DNA of 64,000 nt from a virus. Lineage: Duplodnaviria > Heunggongvirae > Uroviricota > Caudoviricetes. The notes under the pieces were generated by a model. That model had not been told where the DNA came from. It was given only the letters and a program-made list of their open reading frames with translations, and did no database searches. This document shows positions 59,219 through 64,000 of this stretch, piece after piece. Numbering within the stretch: position 1 is the first letter of the stretch; each line of letters opens with the position of its first letter. Where the stretch lies: the IMG/VR virus record IMGVR_UViG_3300029590_000324. One strand, written 5' to 3'. Both the position numbers and the translations under genes were made by a program.

Positions 59219-61282
59219 ATGAGTACAAGATACAATGTTGGTGACAGAGTGGTAATCGTAAACAGCAGAACTCTTCGCATGAATGAAGACGGGGAAATGG
59301 ATCGTTACCTTGGCACGATAATGACCATAAAGTCAATAAGTCCGAGTCCCATATTTCCTTATAGGATGGTTGAAGATCAGAATGATCCCAATAGAGCTGG
59401 TGGTGGCTGGAGCTGGGATGACGGTATGATCGACCATGAGGCAACGGCGAAGCTTGCAAATCCGGATCCCGAACCCGAGGAATCTGGCGAATATAACGAG
59501 GACTATTACACCGATAAGGTGTACAATATGTTCAAGCGTCTGTCGGGCGAGGGCAAACTGCTGGGAAATGCCGGAAAATATACTAAAGACGGCATCCGTC
59601 AGAATGTTAAGGAGTGGCTTAAGAATAAGACAGAAATGTTCAAACTACTGCGCAAGCATCCTAATTGGAACGAAGAGGCTAAGGCAGTCGTATATCTGAA
59701 TACGGAACATCGTATCCCGTCTTTTGACGATGCCAGATCGGCTTTTAATAATTTGTGGAATATTTGCTGTTATGAAGATTCGCAGTCGCAAGAAACCCCT
59801 ATACGCAATATAACGAATTTCTTTGACAATATGACAAAAGAGGATTGGAATACCCTTGTTTCAAAATCCAAAATTTTCGACTATTGTTATGTGCCGGATT
59901 ATGTAGATGGCTGTCAGCTCTTTAGTGCTCTTTTTACAGCTATTTTCAAGCAGGAAAAAATGAATAGCATCTCCGAGCCTGTTGCAAACTGCATAAATAC
60001 TATTTTCCCCGACCTTAAAATACACATCGGTCAGAAGTCAAGCCGTGTTATGAATAAGCTCTTCGTAAAATTCGGCTTTGATAAAACACTGTCCTATAAC
60101 CGCACATTTGCGAAGCTGGCGGATAGTATAAATCCCTTTGATGTCGAGCGTATCACAGTCCTTTCCGCAAACATAATAGATTTTCTTTTAATGTCAAACG
60201 GAAACTCGTGGGCAAGCTGCCATACGATAATTTCAAAATGCGGAGACACATACGGCGGCTGCTATATGGGTGGCACTCTGAGTTACGCCAATGATTCGGA
60301 ATCTCTTATTCTCTATACTGTTGATAAGTCCTATACGGGAACAGACTGGTGCTTCGAGCCAAAAATAACCAGACAGGTTTTCTTTTGGGATTATCCCGTA
60401 CTCGTTCAGGAGCGTCTCTATCCTCAGTGTAATGATAACGGCGAACAGGGCAAGGCTCTCGTAAAGCAGTACAGAACTGTGGTCGAGGATATTGTTTCGA
60501 CTTGTTTGGAAACTCCAAATCTCTGGGTCAAGGAAAACAGAAATAGGGCAAACATTTATAGTCGCCCTGATACATTTATGTATCATGATTGGAGTTGTTT
60601 CCCGAACTACATAGTACATATTAAAAAGGAAACTGCAATTTCCGATACCGAAGTAGAGGAAGGCGCAGATATGGAAACTTACGACAGCCGTTACCTTGTT
60701 CGTTCATCTAAGAAAATAATGGTTGGCGGTCCAAGTTTCTGTATCAACTGCGGTGAGCAGAAATGTGAAGATGATTACGATGATGGAGATAATTCCCATA
60801 ATGGATTACTTTGTGCAAATTGTCATCCGGACGAAAACAATTCGGAATGTTATGAATGTGGTCAATATCACGATCTGGAGGATATGCACGAGATCAATGG
60901 TCATTATTATTGTGACGAATGCTGCTTCTATTGCGATTATCATGAAGAATATGAAATAGGCGACTACGAATATGTTGAAGGCTATGGAGTAGTCTGCGCA
61001 GATGGACTTGAATATGGAAACTTTTACCATTGCGACCACTGCGAAGGTTGGTATTGCAAACCCACAACAACCGCAACCGACAGATGGGGATCGGAAGTTG
61101 AAATTTGTAATAACTGCCTTAGCAATTTTTATACGAGCTGCGACGACTGCGGCGAATTTTTCAATCACAGAAACCTTCACTCACTCGGATCCTGTTGGCT
61201 TTGCAGTGACTGCTATGACCGACGACTGGAGAACTCTGATGATTCCGAAAATAGTTCCGACGACGAGGAGGTGACTGCATGA
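59219..61282 (+). CDS. Large hypothetical protein with C-terminal CxxC repeats (paralog of 61279-62583)
   Basis: MSNGNSWASC, PKITRQV, ERLYP core; tandem CxxC acidic repeats. Confidence 0.75.
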   Translation: MSTRYNVGDRVVIVNSRTLRMNEDGEMDRYLGTIMTIKSISPSPIFPYRMVEDQNDPNRAGGGWSWDDGMIDHEATAKLANPDPEPEESGEYNEDYYTDKVYNMFKRLSGEGKLLGNAGKYTKDGIRQNVKEWLKNKTEMFKLLRKHPNWNEEAKAVVYLNTEHRIPSFDDARSAFNNLWNICCYEDSQSQETPIRNITNFFDNMTKEDWNTLVSKSKIFDYCYVPDYVDGCQLFSALFTAIFKQEKMNSISEPVANCINTIFPDLKIHIGQKSSRVMNKLFVKFGFDKTLSYNRTFAKLADSINPFDVERITVLSANIIDFLLMSNGNSWASCHTIISKCGDTYGGCYMGGTLSYANDSESLILYTVDKSYTGTDWCFEPKITRQVFFWDYPVLVQERLYPQCNDNGEQGKALVKQYRTVVEDIVSTCLETPNLWVKENRNRANIYSRPDTFMYHDWSCFPNYIVHIKKETAISDTEVEEGADMETYDSRYLVRSSKKIMVGGPSFCINCGEQKCEDDYDDGDNSHNGLLCANCHPDENNSECYECGQYHDLEDMHEINGHYYCDECCFYCDYHEEYEIGDYEYVEGYGVVCADGLEYGNFYHCDHCEGWYCKPTTTATDRWGSEVEICNNCLSNFYTSCDDCGEFFNHRNLHSLGSCWLCSDCYDRRLENSDDSENSSDDEEVTA

Positions 61283-62583
61283 TGATAGATTCAATAACCG
61301 CAACTGCCATCAGCTATCTCAGCGGTCTCGGCATCTCTTGTTCTGAACGTGGCGTTAAAAAGAATATAGAGGAGTGGTATAAAAATAAAATGCCACTTCT
61401 CGAATTGCTGCGCAAACATCCAATGTGGCGTGAGAATGAGCTGGCAATCGTAACTACCATAACCGAAAAAAGAGAACTTGACTCAAGCTATTTTAACTAT
61501 TTCGACCAGCTCCGCAGCCTGTGTTTTCAAAATAGCGTCGTCTCTCATGTAATCCTTGAAAAGCTTCGAGCACACATAACCTCAAATTACAACGATGATG
61601 TTCCCGAGAATTTCTTTACGTATTTCTCACTATCGTATAATAATGACAGCGGTCTCCGCTTCGTTGTTGAAAATTGCTTTTCCGAAACCATAACCGATTC
61701 TGTAGCAGAAATAATCAACCTGATAGCTCCCGAATTTAAATTCAAAGGTGGTCAGAAATCATCACGAGTCCTCAACAAAGTGTTTGATTATCTGGGATTT
61801 ACAAAGCATCCTGAATATAATTGCATTTTTGCAAAGATAAGCGATTGTATATCCCCACGAGACTTCAAAAGAACTGCAGTTCTTTCGGTAAATCCAATGG
61901 ATTATCTTACAATGAGCAACGGCAACTCGTGGAGTAACTGCATGTGTCTTACCCCCAGTCGTAATTTCGACGGCTTTGAATATCAGGGTAAACACAAAGC
62001 AGGGTGTATGTCATATCTGACGGACGGAGTTTCGCTCCTGTTTTATACGCTTGACGATAACCGCTTTAAATCTGCCGAGCTGTGGAAAATACCTAAGATA
62101 ACCCGACAGGTGATATTCTACAGCTCTCCCCATATAATTCACGAAAGAATATATCCGAAGTCGATAGATTATTGTGAAAGCGAAAACAATCCCTATTACG
62201 TATATCGTAACTGCGTTTGGAAAATCATTTCGGAATGCGAAGAAGTCCAGAATCGATGGACGCCTTATAACACGATCATCAAAGATAAGCCCGATACTTT
62301 TATGTATCCCGATTGGAAATATTATACGGTGCTCAGATATGTCAATCCGAACATTCCTAAACAGAGCAACACGATTTCAGTGGGCGACAAAACATATTGT
62401 ATCAAGTGCGGAGAACAGAGATATCGTTCAACATCAGATGTCAACGATATAATGTGCTCTTCACTTTATTGCGAAAACTGTGATCCCACAATAGAACCCG
62501 GCGATGAAGATAACAGTACCGATGAGAACGACGATTCCGAAGATTATAATGACGATATCTTCGAGATACTTCGTTCATGGTAA
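61279..62583 (+). CDS. Paralog of the preceding protein
   Basis: LLRKHPMW, GQKSSRVLNK, MSNGNSWSNC, PKITRQV, ERIYP, PDTFMY.DW. Confidence 0.75.
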   Translation: MMIDSITATAISYLSGLGISCSERGVKKNIEEWYKNKMPLLELLRKHPMWRENELAIVTTITEKRELDSSYFNYFDQLRSLCFQNSVVSHVILEKLRAHITSNYNDDVPENFFTYFSLSYNNDSGLRFVVENCFSETITDSVAEIINLIAPEFKFKGGQKSSRVLNKVFDYLGFTKHPEYNCIFAKISDCISPRDFKRTAVLSVNPMDYLTMSNGNSWSNCMCLTPSRNFDGFEYQGKHKAGCMSYLTDGVSLLFYTLDDNRFKSAELWKIPKITRQVIFYSSPHIIHERIYPKSIDYCESENNPYYVYRNCVWKIISECEEVQNRWTPYNTIIKDKPDTFMYPDWKYYTVLRYVNPNIPKQSNTISVGDKTYCIKCGEQRYRSTSDVNDIMCSSLYCENCDPTIEPGDEDNSTDENDDSEDYNDDIFEILRSW

Positions 62584-62600
62584 AATACGGAGGTAAAATT

Positions 62601-63935
62601 ATGACTGATACAATCAAAACCACAACCAAGACGACCGCATCCACAATATCCTCGATAAAGGAAATCGAACCTGTAAAGCATACGAGAAACTTCCAGCCCA
62701 AGGCTCCCAACATCAGCGAAGTCAATGCTATCATTGATAACTACAATTCTATTATCGGCGAAACAAGAAGTTTCAGACCGCTTTCTTCCCTTTTTGAAAA
62801 GATAATCCGACTTAAGCAGTACGAGCTTAAAGATTTTCTTTATTCCATACTTGTAGGCTTTGGTTATGAAGTGATCTACGCCGATGGATATCTGTTTGCA
62901 AAAGGCAATGTTCCCGTAATGCTCTGTGCTCATATGGATACCGTCCATAAAGATCCTGTCAAGGATATTTATATGTCCGATAACGGCTGCATATGGTCTC
63001 CTCAGGGCATCGGGGGCGACGACAGATGCGGTATTTATACTGCGTTAATGACAGTCCGAGACGGCAACAGACCGTATATTCTTTTCACCGAAGACGAAGA
63101 GATAGGTTGCATCGGCGCCGGCTATTTTGCAGACGATGTTACTTATAATATCATCAAAGCAGAGGATATAAATATCAATTTCATAATCGAGATCGACCGT
63201 AGAGGTTCAAACGACAGCGTGTATTATTCCTGCGATAATCCCGAATTTGAAAAGTTTATAGACACTTATGGTTTCAAGACCGCATACGGCAGCTGTTCCG
63301 ATATTTCTGAGGTCGCACCTGCTCTCGGTATTGCGGCTGTTAATTTCAGCAGCGGATATTATAATGCGCATACAACAAGTGAATATATTGTCCTCGATGA
63401 GCTTTACAATATCATTGAAAGAGTAAATCAGATAGTCATAGATGCAGCCAATGGCAAAACCGTAAAATATGAATACATCGAGGCAAAGTATTCTTATAAG
63501 AATTATTGGGGCAAAGAGTGGTGTGGTTACGACAGTGATTCCGGATACGATGATTACAGTTACGGCAGATGCTATTGGAGCGATAAGTTCGATAAAGACA
63601 GTAAGAAATATCAGACAACTGCAAATGAAGAAACTCCGTGCGACGAAATGATACTTGCATCTCAGATCGACGATACCGCAGTTATCATTCTTAAAGATGG
63701 AACAATGATCGATGACACTAACAACGACTATTACTATTATATAGACGAGAACAACAAGATATATAAACTCGTTGATTGGGTGGATGATGATATCGCAGAG
63801 GGCGAATGTAACTTCATCGTAGCTCCTATTGAAGCAAGCGTATATACCTCAGCGGGCAATCACTATCAGTATGATGAAAGCAGCGCTGAGCTTGTATATG
63901 TAGTAAATGACGAGCTCAGCTATTACGGAAATTAA
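62601..63935 (+). CDS. M28/M20-like zinc peptidase
   Basis: AHMDTVH, GGDDRCG, TEDEEIG, EIDR, SDI, YYNAHT. Confidence 0.85.
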   Translation: MTDTIKTTTKTTASTISSIKEIEPVKHTRNFQPKAPNISEVNAIIDNYNSIIGETRSFRPLSSLFEKIIRLKQYELKDFLYSILVGFGYEVIYADGYLFAKGNVPVMLCAHMDTVHKDPVKDIYMSDNGCIWSPQGIGGDDRCGIYTALMTVRDGNRPYILFTEDEEIGCIGAGYFADDVTYNIIKAEDININFIIEIDRRGSNDSVYYSCDNPEFEKFIDTYGFKTAYGSCSDISEVAPALGIAAVNFSSGYYNAHTTSEYIVLDELYNIIERVNQIVIDAANGKTVKYEYIEAKYSYKNYWGKEWCGYDSDSGYDDYSYGRCYWSDKFDKDSKKYQTTANEETPCDEMILASQIDDTAVIILKDGTMIDDTNNDYYYYIDENNKIYKLVDWVDDDIAEGECNFIVAPIEASVYTSAGNHYQYDESSAELVYVVNDELSYYGN

Positions 63936-64000
63936 AGGGAGCTGCGTAAATGAAGTCGGGTTTTGATAACGGCATCTGCACTGAGTGTGCTTATAATACA

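Noticed and set aside
60720..61230. DGR variable repeat or tandem DNA repeat in the Cys-rich tail
   Set aside because: The repeats are at protein-motif level only; no reverse transcriptase or TR/VR pair is visible.

Overview
A 64-kb segment of a large Firmicutes (Clostridia-like) siphophage or prophage with an SPbeta-like gene layout. Positions 1-54160 are read almost entirely on the minus strand. They hold a giant tape measure gene (>=3955 aa, running off the left edge) split by a 3645-nt group I intron; tail, neck, capsid, protease and portal genes; a large terminase split by a second group I intron that carries a homing endonuclease; a free-standing HNH gene, tRNA-Glu, two HU genes and ClpP; a YonO-type single-subunit RNA polymerase; a Rep-like gene with upstream direct repeats; a tRNA/RNA-repair and ADP-ribose cluster; and a tyrosine recombinase. 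From about 54650 the genes are on the plus strand: several highly structured non-coding segments, a 36-aa acidic ORF overlapped by an antisense transcription unit, small genes, a paralogous pair of Cys-rich proteins and an M28-like peptidase. The most striking feature is the tape-measure intron. It has no recognisable homing endonuclease; instead its 3' peripheral region holds ~3.3 kb of convergent cargo genes, each unit with its own promoter, i.e. a self-splicing intron apparently acting as a harbour for accessory genes inside an essential virion gene. All calls were made by eye from motifs and base-pairing; no database searches or folding programs were run.
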